From the NCBI GenBank assembly GCA_963804995.1, contig CAWDSK010000006.1:2080001-2144000 (forward strand): 64,000 nt of DNA. The letters run 5' to 3'. Each line of letters opens with the position of its first letter. Position 1 is the stretch's first letter. The position numbers and the translations under genes were made by a program. This document shows, piece after piece, positions 1-9,479 of the stretch. The DNA is from an uncultured Acidobacteriota bacterium. Its GTDB lineage: Bacteria; Acidobacteriota; Terriglobia; UBA7540. Below the pieces are notes generated by a model, which had not been told where the DNA came from, searched no databases, and saw only the letters and a list, made by a program, of their open reading frames with translations.

Positions 1-32
1 GCTACGACACCGAATTGCCCCACAGCCTCGCC

Positions 33-62
33 TTGACACGCCTGCAATTCGGCTGGTAGTGT
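33..62 (+). promoter_or_regulatory. putative sigma70 promoter
   Basis: TTGACA (33-38), 18-nt spacer, TGn-TAGTGT (57-62), upstream of the ORF at 102. Confidence 0.4.
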
Positions 63-101
63 CGTTATTTGGTAAGGCAGAATTCTGCGGAGTATCAGGC
101 C

Positions 102-497
102 ATGAAGCTGAAAACTATTTTGACGGCAATCGTTCTCGGAGTAGTGTGGCTGGCGGGTTCAGCAGCCGCCCAACAGCAGGACAAGGACCCCCCCAAGACC
201 GGCAATGCGCGTTTTGGCGATCCCACCTCCATAGCGCGCAATTATCAGGATTATCTTTATGGTGTCATCAAGGAACTTAAACCCGACGAATTGGTCCTGA
301 CCAAGACCAAGGTCGGCACGGACCAGGCGTTTAAGCTGAACAAGAAGACCAAGTTCAGCCAGAACGGCAAAATCAGTTCCTTGGACAAGCTCAGCGTGGG
401 CGACAGGGTTTGGGTGGACGTCGCGACGGATAAGAGGACAGGCGATTTGATCGCCAAGAAAGTTGTCTCCGGGGTTGATATACCAGCAGTTCCGTAA
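102..497 (+). CDS. secreted hypothetical protein, DUF5666/OB-fold-like
   Basis: Signal peptide MKLKTILTAIVLGVVWLAGSAAA; 'GVIKEL...LSVGDRVWV...AKKV' pattern typical of DUF5666-like domains. Confidence 0.65.
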   Translation: MKLKTILTAIVLGVVWLAGSAAAQQQDKDPPKTGNARFGDPTSIARNYQDYLYGVIKELKPDELVLTKTKVGTDQAFKLNKKTKFSQNGKISSLDKLSVGDRVWVDVATDKRTGDLIAKKVVSGVDIPAVP

Positions 498-590
498 AGG
501 GTTGCGCCTGCCTTTCGGCTCAAGCTGCGACACGCCGGGGGGGCGCGGGCCTGATCGAGCCACCCCGTTTCTGCCCTCACGGGCTTCTCA

Positions 591-1541
591 TTGAAGAAAG
601 CTATACTCATTTACAATCCGATTGCCGGGCGGCGTCCCGCCAAGCGCGTGCACGAAATCCGGCAAGCCGCCGCCGTGCTGTGCGACCACGGGATGGAGGT
701 TGAACTGGCTCCTACGGAGCGGCCGGCCATGGCGCAGGATTTGGCGCAGGCCGCGGCCCGGCGGGGCTTCGACCTTGTCCTGGTTTGCGGCGGCGATGGG
801 ACCATTAACGAAGTTATTAATGGACTCGCGCCCAGTCCCATTCCCTTGGGCATACTTCCGGGCGGCACCGCCAACATCCTCGCCAAGGAGTTGCGTCTCC
901 CTCACAATCCCGTAAACGCAGCTCGCCAACTCCTCGGCTGGTCGCCGCGACGCATCGCGCTGGGGCGGGCCCGTTGGGTGGGCGCCCAGTCCCCGCCGGA
1001 GAACGGCCATCGCAGCGCCGAGGCATGCTTCCGGTATTACGCCAGCGTGGCGGGAATTGGTTTTGACGCGCACATCGTCTACAAGCTTTCTTCCAAACTT
1101 AAGGGGGACTTTGGTGTGGCCGGCTATGTGCTGGAGGCTTTACGCCAGCTCGTGCGCTACTCCTTCCCTAAGTTCTCCTGGCGGCTCGACGGCCACGAGT
1201 ACCAAGGCACGTTTGCCGTCGTGCATCGCACTCGACTCTATGCCGGCTGGCTGCATATGGCGCCCACGGCCGACCTGTTTTCGCCGCGCTTCGCCGTGTG
1301 TTCGTTCCCGAGCCGCAGCCGCCTGCGGTACCTGGTTTACGCCCTGGCCGTGCTGGCGCGCCAGCACTTGCGATTGAGCGACGTCACGCTTCACGAGGGT
1401 ACTCCCGTGGACTGTTCCCCCGGGGACTCCTCCACGCCGGTGCGCTTTGAGCTGGACGGGGAACTTGTCGGCACGCTGCCCGTCACCTTTGAGATCGTTC
1501 CGGATGCGCTGACGGTGCTGATGCCGGAAGGGAGGAGCTAG
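591..1541 (+). CDS. diacylglycerol/lipid kinase family protein (YegS/DagK-like)
   Basis: NPIAG, GGDGTINEV, LPGGTAN, GIGFDA and ELDGE motifs. Confidence 0.92.
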   Translation: MKKAILIYNPIAGRRPAKRVHEIRQAAAVLCDHGMEVELAPTERPAMAQDLAQAAARRGFDLVLVCGGDGTINEVINGLAPSPIPLGILPGGTANILAKELRLPHNPVNAARQLLGWSPRRIALGRARWVGAQSPPENGHRSAEACFRYYASVAGIGFDAHIVYKLSSKLKGDFGVAGYVLEALRQLVRYSFPKFSWRLDGHEYQGTFAVVHRTRLYAGWLHMAPTADLFSPRFAVCSFPSRSRLRYLVYALAVLARQHLRLSDVTLHEGTPVDCSPGDSSTPVRFELDGELVGTLPVTFEIVPDALTVLMPEGRS

Positions 1542-1648
1542 AAGTTAGGAGTTAGAAGTTAGAGGTGAGAAGAAAGCCTGCTTGATTCTAGCTTGTGACG
1601 CTTACCTTCTAGCTTCTACCTCCTAGCTTCTAACTTCTAACTCCTGGA
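1539..1648. repeat. inverted pair of 7-bp tandem arrays (TAGAAGT/TAGGAGT ... CTTCTAA/CTCCTAG)
   Basis: About 5 heptamers, a ~35-nt spacer, then about 6 reverse-complement heptamers; related arrays at 7825-8022 and 16577-16605. Confidence 0.85.
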
Positions 1649-1654
1649 TTCTTC

Positions 1655-2671
1655 ATGGATAACCTGACTCACACGCTTACGGCGGTGGCCATCAGCCACA
1701 CGGGGCTCAACCGCAAGACCCGATTCGCCACACTCATTGTCATCCTGGCCGCGAACGCTCCTGACCTCGACATACTGACGGGATTTCGGGACAGTGCGAC
1801 GTACCTTAAGTACCACCGCGGCATCACGCATTCCCTCTTAGGCGTCATCGTTCTTGCATTTATTCTGTGGGGTTGCATCTACTGGGTCGGGAAGAGAGTG
1901 CGGCCCAAGCCCCGCCTTCCCCTGAATGCCCGTTGGCTCATGTTGGCAGCGTTGCTGGGAACCGGCAGCCACCTGCTGCTCGATTTTACGAATTCGTACG
2001 GGGTCCGTCCCTTCCTGCCCTTTAGTGGACGCTGGTATGCCTGGGATATCATGTACATCTTCGATCCCCTGCTGCTCCTCCTGCTGGTGCTGGGCCTGGG
2101 AGTGCCCTGGCTGCTGCGTCTGATTTCTGAAGAAGTCGGGGCACGCAAGCCCAACCTCGCACGTGGCGCGATCTTCGCGCTGAGCGCCATGGTCGCGCTT
2201 TGGGGAGTGCGTGCTTTTGCCCACAGCCGCGCCCTGAGCATCCTCGACAGCCGCACGTATTCTGAGCAGAACCCGCAAAGACTCGACGCCTTCCCCTCCC
2301 CAGGAAATCCCCTGGCGTGGACAGGCGTGGTCGAAACGGATGCGGCTTTAAGTGTACTGTCTGTGAACGCGTTGAATTCGGACCAACCCCCCGAGGAAGT
2401 GCGGTCGTTCAAAAAGCCGGAAGCCTCCGCCGCTCTCGAAGCCGCCATGAGGACTCGGACGGGCCGCATCTTCATGGATTTTGCCCGTTTCCCGTGGGGA
2501 GAAGTTGAGGCTAGTGAAGATGGTTTTCTGGTGAGCCTGCGTGACTTGAGATTCTATCGGGGCATGGCGCGCTCCCGCGGGTTCGTCGTCGACGTTGAAC
2601 TCGACAAAGACCTGCGGGTCCGCTCCGAGTCCTTTTCGTTCAACGCTCCACTGCGGCGGGGTGAGGAGTGA
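1655..2671 (+). CDS. metal-dependent hydrolase, inner-membrane YdjM/DUF457 family
   Basis: MDNLTH, APDLD, HRGITHS, SHLLLD..NSYG motifs; several transmembrane segments. Confidence 0.88.
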   Translation: MDNLTHTLTAVAISHTGLNRKTRFATLIVILAANAPDLDILTGFRDSATYLKYHRGITHSLLGVIVLAFILWGCIYWVGKRVRPKPRLPLNARWLMLAALLGTGSHLLLDFTNSYGVRPFLPFSGRWYAWDIMYIFDPLLLLLLVLGLGVPWLLRLISEEVGARKPNLARGAIFALSAMVALWGVRAFAHSRALSILDSRTYSEQNPQRLDAFPSPGNPLAWTGVVETDAALSVLSVNALNSDQPPEEVRSFKKPEASAALEAAMRTRTGRIFMDFARFPWGEVEASEDGFLVSLRDLRFYRGMARSRGFVVDVELDKDLRVRSESFSFNAPLRRGEE

Positions 2672-2700
2672 ATCAGCCATCGGATCATCGCTGGCTGGCG

Positions 2701-4613
2701 GTTGCGGTAGGGATACCGGTTACCCGGTACCCCCCGCACGGATCCGTACGTGCGCTGGTTAGCGCATACGGCTCTTATCTCGGATGTGTGGCGGCGAACC
2801 GTTGGGATGGCCAAGGATGCACAACGTGCGGAGCAGGCAACCAGCAGGCCGCAAGCTTCCCCAGTCGGTCCCAGTTGAGGCGGTGGCGTTGACTGCGTTG
2901 ACGCAGTTGTGTTCGCCACAGTCGGGTCAACCGTTCCCGAAAGATTCGCAGGCGGTTGAGGTTTCCCGGTACCGCGTGATAGTTGAAGTAGCCTTGCACG
3001 ACCGACCGGAGCCATTTACCCGTATCCGCGATGGGATCGTGCCGACGCTGCCGGAGTTGTTGCTTGAGTTCCTGCAACTTCCCCCGCAGGCGCTTGCTGA
3101 TCGTCTTCCGCTTCACGGTAAATTGCCCCCTCCGGTTCTTCCCGCTGATATGCGTGAAGCCCAGAAAGTCGAACGTCTCCGGCTTACCTTCTCCTCTCCG
3201 TTTCCGGTAAAGTTCGGCAAACGGCCCGAACTCGATCCGGCGCGTTTTGTCAGGATGCAGTTCCAATCCAAACTTCCCCACCCGCTCCCGGAAATCCTCC
3301 AGAAAGCGGTCGGCTTCCGTCTGCGATTGGAATCCAAGGACCGTATCGTCGGCATACCGCACCACGACCACGTCTCCCCGGGCGTGCTTCTTGCGCCACG
3401 CCTGCACCCACAGGTCAAAGACGTAGTGCAGATAGATATTCGCCAGCAGGGGCGAGACCACCGCCCCTTGTGGCGTACCCATCTCCGTCTCCGACCATTC
3501 GCCTTCCTCCCTCACCCCGGCTTTCAGCCATTTCTGGATGAGCCGGAGAATCCGGGGGTCGGCGACGCGATGCTGCACGAACTTGAGCATCCATTCGTGG
3601 GATATCGAATCGAAAAATCCACGAATGTCCGCGTCAAGAACGTAGTTCACGTGCTTCACCGTGAGCGCGTACGAGAGCGCGTCCAGCGCTTGATGCTGGC
3701 TGCATCCCGGTCGAAAGCCATACGAGAAGCCCAGAAAGTCTTCCTCGTAAATCGCCTTGAGGATGGTGACCACGGCCTGTTGGACGATCTTGTCCTCCAG
3801 TGCCGCAACCCCCAACGGACGTTGCCGCCCGTCGCCTTTCGGGATATACGCCCTTCGCGAGGGCTTCGCTCGGAATGCTCCGCGGTGGACCCGGCTGTGC
3901 AGATCGACGAGTCGACCTTCCAGCCCGCTTTCATACTCCTGCCACGTCATGCCGTCTACTCCCGGTGCAGCTTTTCGCTTCAAGGCGTAAAAGCTTTCCC
4001 GCAGCAGATCGACCGTTAAGTGGTGGAGCAAGGCCGTGAACTTCATCTCCCTGTGTTCCTTCGCGGCTTTCCGCACACCCGCGAGTCCCTGGGACACGCG
4101 TGCCCCGCTCTGTGTCGGGTGCGTGTTAGGCCAACGGGTGTTCTCCTTGATCAGCGGCCTTCCCTCCTCATTCTCCGCCAACGGCTTCCCGTCTTTGTTC
4201 AAATGATTCATCGGTACTGTTCCGCTGTCCGACTCCTCGAAAGCGTGCAGGCGGGCTGTACGGCCATCGCCTTTTCCCGCCGTCCGGCCACGATCTACGG
4301 CGGCCGGCGCCTCCGAGGTCTCCCGGTTCTCGTGCAGAAAGTGTCTAGGCGTGTCTGGGGTCTACGACTACGCAGGACTGTGCCGGAACTCGCGTTGGCG
4401 TCCCGGCCTCATGTTGCCTTCCGTTTAGTCTGAAAACGTCGGCGTCCTGATTGGACATTTTCGAAGCTCAATACCCAGCCCACCTATTCCCCTGTTTACG
4501 CTTCACCGTGCGCCTCACGACGCCCAGCGCAAAACTCGGGGCCGAGTGGATCGCTGCTCCTTCCTCGTGAGAAATTTTCATTCTCTGCTTTCTGCCGGTT
4601 TATCCCGGCGCAC
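2701..4613 (-). mobile_element. group II intron 1 (IIB-type), apparently intact, 1913 nt
   Basis: 5' end GTGCG at 4613; domain V GAGCCGTATGCGCTAACCAGCGCACGTACGGATC (AGC triad) and domain VI ending CCCTACCGCAAC at 2701; encodes an RT. Confidence 0.95.
2775..4211 (-). CDS. ltrA: group II intron reverse transcriptase/maturase, no endonuclease domain
   Basis: APGVDG, RPLG, SYGFRPG, GTPQG..SPLLANIYL, RYADD and FDFLGFT motifs; X/maturase domain; no C-terminal HNH. Confidence 0.97.
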   Translation of the reverse strand: MNHLNKDGKPLAENEEGRPLIKENTRWPNTHPTQSGARVSQGLAGVRKAAKEHREMKFTALLHHLTVDLLRESFYALKRKAAPGVDGMTWQEYESGLEGRLVDLHSRVHRGAFRAKPSRRAYIPKGDGRQRPLGVAALEDKIVQQAVVTILKAIYEEDFLGFSYGFRPGCSQHQALDALSYALTVKHVNYVLDADIRGFFDSISHEWMLKFVQHRVADPRILRLIQKWLKAGVREEGEWSETEMGTPQGAVVSPLLANIYLHYVFDLWVQAWRKKHARGDVVVVRYADDTVLGFQSQTEADRFLEDFRERVGKFGLELHPDKTRRIEFGPFAELYRKRRGEGKPETFDFLGFTHISGKNRRGQFTVKRKTISKRLRGKLQELKQQLRQRRHDPIADTGKWLRSVVQGYFNYHAVPGNLNRLRIFRERLTRLWRTQLRQRSQRHRLNWDRLGKLAACWLPAPHVVHPWPSQRFAATHPR

Positions 4614-4838
4614 CAGACCCTAGTTCTTGGGGGTCTGCGATGCCCTGAAGGGACAGGTAAGAGCTGATAACTCATCCCCGTGGTGATGAATTGCTGGAGA
4701 CCAGGACTGTAAGTGGGTTTCGGAATTCTACTGGAGAACTTATCTCAAGATTGACCTTTGGGAATAGTTTCCCTTTGGGACATCGCAGACCCCAAGGTAC
4801 AGGGGTCTGCGCCATCCAGCGGCTTCTTCATTGGCTTC

Positions 4839-5441
4839 TTAGATGACCTGATTTGCAGAAGACCGGCGCTTCCACCACCGGGTAATCAGGGCAAGAGCGA
4901 TGACCAGGACCACCGCGGTCAATGACGCCCGGCCCAAATTGTGACGCAAGTAATCCTGCGCCTGGAGGCCATAGCGCGCGCCCAGCCAGGCATCCGCGCC
5001 AAACCTCAGACCGCGGCCTACCAGGAGCGCCAGCCCAAAACGCAGAGCGTTGACGCGCAGCACGCCGGCGGTGAGAATGAACACCTTCAGGGGCGCCGGT
5101 GGAGGCAGCAGCGCCGCCACCAGAACCGCCACGAAATCGTTCCGCTTGAGCCAGCGCTGAGCGAAGGTGACGGACAGCGGGGTGGTCTTGCGGAAAAACA
5201 ATTTCCCGCCGCCGCGTGCGATCGAATAAAGGACATACGCCCCGCCCATCGAGCCCAGGGTGCTGGCGAGGGCGTAAACGGGCCACCAAGCCGGGCGCTT
5301 GCTGGCCAACACGATCAAGGCCAAATCATTCACGCCAGGAAAGGGAACGAGCGAGGAATCAAGAAACGACATCACGAACAATCCCCATCCCCCGTAGAGG
5401 ACCAGGATCTGACCGAGTTTGGCGGAGAGTGACTTCAGCAT
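4839..5441 (-). CDS. DedA/VTT (YqaA-like) membrane protein
   Basis: GLFVMSFLDSS, STLGSMGG, PPPAPLKVF and GRGLRF motifs. Confidence 0.85.
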   Translation of the reverse strand: MLKSLSAKLGQILVLYGGWGLFVMSFLDSSLVPFPGVNDLALIVLASKRPAWWPVYALASTLGSMGGAYVLYSIARGGGKLFFRKTTPLSVTFAQRWLKRNDFVAVLVAALLPPPAPLKVFILTAGVLRVNALRFGLALLVGRGLRFGADAWLGARYGLQAQDYLRHNLGRASLTAVVLVIALALITRWWKRRSSANQVI

Positions 5442-5706
5442 GCTTTCGAGCTTACACCTTCGAATAAGGGCCGCTCATTCTATGCGCTCCCGCGGCGCAG
5501 CACAACGTGTGATCGCATGGGGGGAGGAGGGACTTGCGCCTTCCCCCACACCCAGGGCCAATCTTTGGGGTTTCCCTAATCAGAAAAACTGATAAGATTA
5601 GTAGGATATCTCTGCACTGGTCTAATGCTTTGGGGCTTCGCTTAAACCCAGCGGGCAATGGTACGCTTCAGGGTACGTCTTTGGGGGAAAACTCAGGAGG
5701 GCAACA

Positions 5707-6771
5707 ATGAAATCGTCCAACGCCGCAACCAATACGGCCAACGTCGCCGAATTATTGTGCGGGACAGGCCAACCGGCGGCAGGGACCCTGGAGGAGCGGG
5801 CGCGGCACGAGGACCCCTCCCTTCTCAAGACCATGTTGGAGCAGATGCTCCTCATCCGCCGCTTCGAGGAAAAATCCGCCGAACTTTATACGCTAGGAAA
5901 AATCGGAGGCTTCTGCCACCTCTACATCGGCCAGGAAGCGGTGGCGGTGGGTGCGCTTTCCACCACCCAACCGGATGATTACATCTTCACTTCCTACCGC
6001 GAGCACGGGCATGCGCTGGTGCGGGGCATGGACCCGGGCGAAATAATGGCGGAACTTTGCGGCAAACAGAGCGGCGTCTCCAAGGGTAAGGGCGGCTCGA
6101 TGCACCTGTTTGACAAGGGGCGCGGTTTTCTGGGTGGACATGGAATTGTCGGCGGGCAAATTCCGCTGGCCGCGGGCACGGCCTTCGCCTCCAAATATCT
6201 GAAGCAATCGCGCGTCACGCTTTGCTTCTTCGGAGAAGCGGCCGTCAACATCGGTTCCTTCCACGAATCCTTGAATCTCGCTGCGCTGTGGAAACTTCCC
6301 GTGGTCTTCATTTGCGAAAACAATCGCTTCGGCATGGGGACTCCCATTGAGCGAGCCTCCTCGCTTTACGAACTTTCGCAAAAGGCTTGCGCCTACAACA
6401 TGGCTCGCACCTGGGTGGACGGCATGGACGTCCTCGCCGTGCGCGAAACCCTGAAGGAAGCTGTCGACCGCGCGCGCCAGGCGAGTGCTCCCACGCTCAT
6501 TGAAGCGCGCACTTACCGCTTCATGGGCCATTCCATGTCCGATCCTTCGCATGGCCACTACCGCACCAAGACGGAAGTGGAAGAGCACCGCCGGCAGGAT
6601 CCCATCAAACAGTTCACCGCGGCTTTAGAGGGGATTGGAGTGGTCAACCCGGGATTTCTTGACGAACTCGACCAGAAGGTTCGCGACATTGTGGAAGAGG
6701 CGGTTGCTTTCGCGGAGCGGAGCCCTGAGCCAGACGCCAAGGAACTCGGCACAGACGTTTACGCGGAATAG
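5707..6771 (+). CDS. pdhA: pyruvate dehydrogenase E1 alpha subunit
   Basis: IGGFCHLYIGQEA, YREHG, GKGGSMH, TPP-binding GEAA...ENN, TYRFMGHSMSD. Confidence 0.96.
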   Translation: MKSSNAATNTANVAELLCGTGQPAAGTLEERARHEDPSLLKTMLEQMLLIRRFEEKSAELYTLGKIGGFCHLYIGQEAVAVGALSTTQPDDYIFTSYREHGHALVRGMDPGEIMAELCGKQSGVSKGKGGSMHLFDKGRGFLGGHGIVGGQIPLAAGTAFASKYLKQSRVTLCFFGEAAVNIGSFHESLNLAALWKLPVVFICENNRFGMGTPIERASSLYELSQKACAYNMARTWVDGMDVLAVRETLKEAVDRARQASAPTLIEARTYRFMGHSMSDPSHGHYRTKTEVEEHRRQDPIKQFTAALEGIGVVNPGFLDELDQKVRDIVEEAVAFAERSPEPDAKELGTDVYAE

Positions 6772-6810
6772 ATTAAGTCACCCCATATTAAGATCGATGC
6801 GGAGCTATTC

Positions 6811-7815
6811 ATGGCAATGATGACTTATCGTGAAGCCCTTAACCAGGCGATGCGCGAGGAAATGCATCGCGACGAGACCGTGGTGCTGATGGGCGAGGAA
6901 GTGGGCTTCTACCAGGGCGCTTACAAGGTCAGCAAAGGACTGCTCGATGAGTTCGGGCCCATGCGGGTGCTCGACACTCCCATCACGGAGCTGGGCTTTA
7001 CGGGGCTCGGCGTGGGCGCGGCGATGGTAGGCGTGCGGCCCATCGTCGAGATGATGACCTTCAACTTCTCGATGTTGGCGCTCGACCAGATCGTGAATAG
7101 CGCGGCGAAAATGCTCTACATGTCAGGCGGGCAGTTTCCCATTCCCATGGTGATTCGCGGTCCCGGAGGCGCCGCGCACCAGCTTGCCGCGCAGCACTCG
7201 CAGTCGCTGGAATCGTGGTTCTGCCACGTTCCCGGCTTGAAGGTGGTGGCACCCTCTACCCCGGCTGACGCGAAGGGCTTACTCAAGACTTCGGTTCGTG
7301 ACAATAACCCAGTGATCTTCATCGAGTCGGAAGTGCTGTACGGGACGCGTGGCGACGTTCCCGAGGGGGATTACCTCATTCCGCTGGGCGTGGCTGACAT
7401 CAAACGCCCCGGCCGCGACGTGACCATCATCGCGCACTCGAAGATGGTGCTGCTGGCGCTCGATGCTGCCGCGGATCTGGCAAAGGAAGGTATCGAGGCT
7501 GAGGTGGTGGACCCGCGCACGCTGCGCCCGCTCGATACCGAGACTATTTTGAACTCCGTAAAGAAGACGAATCGCGTGGTGATTGTCGAGGAAGGCTGGC
7601 CTTACTGCGGAGTGGGCGCGCAGTTTGTGGATACGATCCAGCACGCCGCGTTCGATTACCTCGATGCGCCCATCCTGCGGGTGACCGGTGTCGACGTCCC
7701 CATGCCCTACGCGAAGAACCTGGAACACCTTGCGCAGCCTGATAAACAGCGCGTCAAAGACGCCGTTTACCGCGTGCTCTACCGGCAAGGAGTCGGGGCG
7801 CAAGGGCATGCGTAG
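6811..7815 (+). CDS. pdhB: pyruvate dehydrogenase E1 beta subunit
   Basis: GEEVGFYQGAYKVS, DTPITE, MTFNF, AQHSQ, DYLDAP, PMPYA. Confidence 0.96.
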   Translation: MAMMTYREALNQAMREEMHRDETVVLMGEEVGFYQGAYKVSKGLLDEFGPMRVLDTPITELGFTGLGVGAAMVGVRPIVEMMTFNFSMLALDQIVNSAAKMLYMSGGQFPIPMVIRGPGGAAHQLAAQHSQSLESWFCHVPGLKVVAPSTPADAKGLLKTSVRDNNPVIFIESEVLYGTRGDVPEGDYLIPLGVADIKRPGRDVTIIAHSKMVLLALDAAADLAKEGIEAEVVDPRTLRPLDTETILNSVKKTNRVVIVEEGWPYCGVGAQFVDTIQHAAFDYLDAPILRVTGVDVPMPYAKNLEHLAQPDKQRVKDAVYRVLYRQGVGAQGHA

Positions 7816-7824
7816 GAGAGGATC

Positions 7825-8022
7825 GAAGTTAGAAGTTAGGAGCTAGGAGTCAGAAGCTAGAACTTAGAAACTGGAATCCAGAACTCAGGATTCAGAAACG
7901 AGCGGCGCAGATCATTCGGACCGGCGCAAATTCTCGCCGTCTAAAATGACGAGGAAACCGGGGGGCAAAGGCAGGCGGGATGCTTGCATTCTAGCTCCTA
8001 ACTCCTGGCTCCTAACTTCTAG
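7825..8022. repeat. inverted 7-bp tandem arrays between pdhB and pdhC
   Basis: About 10 TAGAAGT/TAGGAGC-type heptamers at 7825-7897 and about 5 reverse-complement units at 7989-8022. Confidence 0.85.
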
Positions 8023-8058
8023 ATCCCTGCTCCTTTACTTACAAAATGAGGGTTCCCA

Positions 8059-9402
8059 ATGGCCGTTAAGGTAATGATGCCTAAGGGCAGCGATACGATG
8101 ACGGAGGGCAAAGTCCTGAAGTGGCTGAAGAGCGAAGGGGACACGATCTCCACTGGCGACACCGTTGTCGAAATCGAGACCGATAAGGTGGACATGGAAG
8201 TCGAAGCCATGGGCGGCGGCGTGCTCCGCAAGATTTTGGTCGAGAAAGGCAAAGTCGTGCCCGTGGGCGAATTGCTCGCGGTCATCGCGAAGCCCGACGA
8301 GGATATTGCGGCTCTGATCAAGGGCGACGGCAAGGGGTCCTCCGCTCCTCCACCCGCTGCCGCCGGAGCCGGTGCGCCTGCCTCCTCCGGAAAAGCAACG
8401 GCGGCTCCTCCGGCCGTTAGTGCTCCGCCCGAGCCTGCAGTGGGAGGATCTCTGCCAGTTCCTGAGACCGGCGGCCGCGTGATTGCCTCACCCCTGGCGC
8501 GAAAGATGGCGAAGGACATGGGTCTTGAGATTGCCAGCATCGCGGGCTCTGGTCCGGGAGGAAGAATCATTCGCCAGGACGTGGAGCGCAGCGCCGCGTT
8601 GCCTTCGCATGCGCGCACCGCAACCGGCGGCCAGGAAGCTCCCTCGCCTTTGCGCGCGCCAGTTGGAGCGCCTGTGCCCATCGCGCCGCGCCGGGCTCCC
8701 ATTGCTCCCACGGGTCCAGAGTTTTATGATGAGCCGCTCAGCTCCATGCGCAAGGTGATTGCCACGCGCCTGGTGCAGAGCAAGGCTCCGGTGCCGCATT
8801 TCTATCTCACCATCGAAGTGGATATGAAGCGCGCCAAGGAGTTGCGCGAGTCCGCCAACCTTCTCAACGCCGACCTGAAGCTCAGTTACAACGACGTAAT
8901 CTTAAAAGCCTGCGCCGCGGCTTTGCGCCAGCACCCGGAAGTGAACGCTTCATTCCAAGGTGAGTCGATTCGCTATCACAACCGCGTGCACATGGGTATG
9001 GCGGTATCGACGGACGGCGGCGGGCTGATTACGCCCGTCATCCGCAACTGCGATGCGAAGACCTTGCAGGAGATTTCCCGCGAGGCGAAAGAGCTGGCCG
9101 GCCGTGCCCGTACGCGCAAACTGCTTCCTGAGGAATACGTGGGTTCCACCTTCTCCGTCTCGAATCTTGGCATGCTGGGCATCGAGGAGTTTTCCGCGGT
9201 CATTAACCCGCCGGAAGGGGCGATCCTGGCCGTGGGAATGGTGGCAGAGAAACCGGTGGTGGTGGAAGGCCGCGTGGAAGTCGGCTTGCGCTGCCGCCTG
9301 ACGCTCGCCTGCGACCACCGTGTGGTGGACGGCGCCACCAGCGCCAAGTTCCTGCAAACCCTGAAACAGATTCTGGAGAATCCTGTATATCTGGCGTTCT
9401 GA
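8059..9402 (+). CDS. pdhC: dihydrolipoamide acetyltransferase (PDH E2)
   Basis: Lipoyl domain ETDKV, E3-binding ASPLARK...GSGPGGRI, catalytic DHRVVDG. Confidence 0.96.
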   Translation: MAVKVMMPKGSDTMTEGKVLKWLKSEGDTISTGDTVVEIETDKVDMEVEAMGGGVLRKILVEKGKVVPVGELLAVIAKPDEDIAALIKGDGKGSSAPPPAAAGAGAPASSGKATAAPPAVSAPPEPAVGGSLPVPETGGRVIASPLARKMAKDMGLEIASIAGSGPGGRIIRQDVERSAALPSHARTATGGQEAPSPLRAPVGAPVPIAPRRAPIAPTGPEFYDEPLSSMRKVIATRLVQSKAPVPHFYLTIEVDMKRAKELRESANLLNADLKLSYNDVILKACAAALRQHPEVNASFQGESIRYHNRVHMGMAVSTDGGGLITPVIRNCDAKTLQEISREAKELAGRARTRKLLPEEYVGSTFSVSNLGMLGIEEFSAVINPPEGAILAVGMVAEKPVVVEGRVEVGLRCRLTLACDHRVVDGATSAKFLQTLKQILENPVYLAF

Positions 9403-9479
9403 CGCACGGTAGAGCGCAAAACCTCGCTTCGCTGGAAAGGCCGCAGGGCCGGACCGCGGGCCCTGCGCTACTTCTGACT

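Larger units (their letters stand above)
2690..4820. repeat. REPIN-like palindromic element (family D, CGCAGACCCC-loop-GGGGTCTGCG hairpins) split by group II intron 1
   Basis: Joining 2700 to 4614 restores CTGGCG|CAGACCC...GGGTCTGCGATG, matching the uninterrupted copy at 11793-11998; ends GCTGGCTGGCG / CGCCATCCAGC are inverted repeats. Confidence 0.85.

Noticed and set aside
2775..4211. RT as a retron, DGR or defence RT
   Set aside because: Clear group II intron ends, domains V/VI and maturase domain
5480..5700. TPP riboswitch or PdhR box upstream of pdhA
   Set aside because: Consensus motifs absent; only a weak AT-rich palindrome at ~5576-5601
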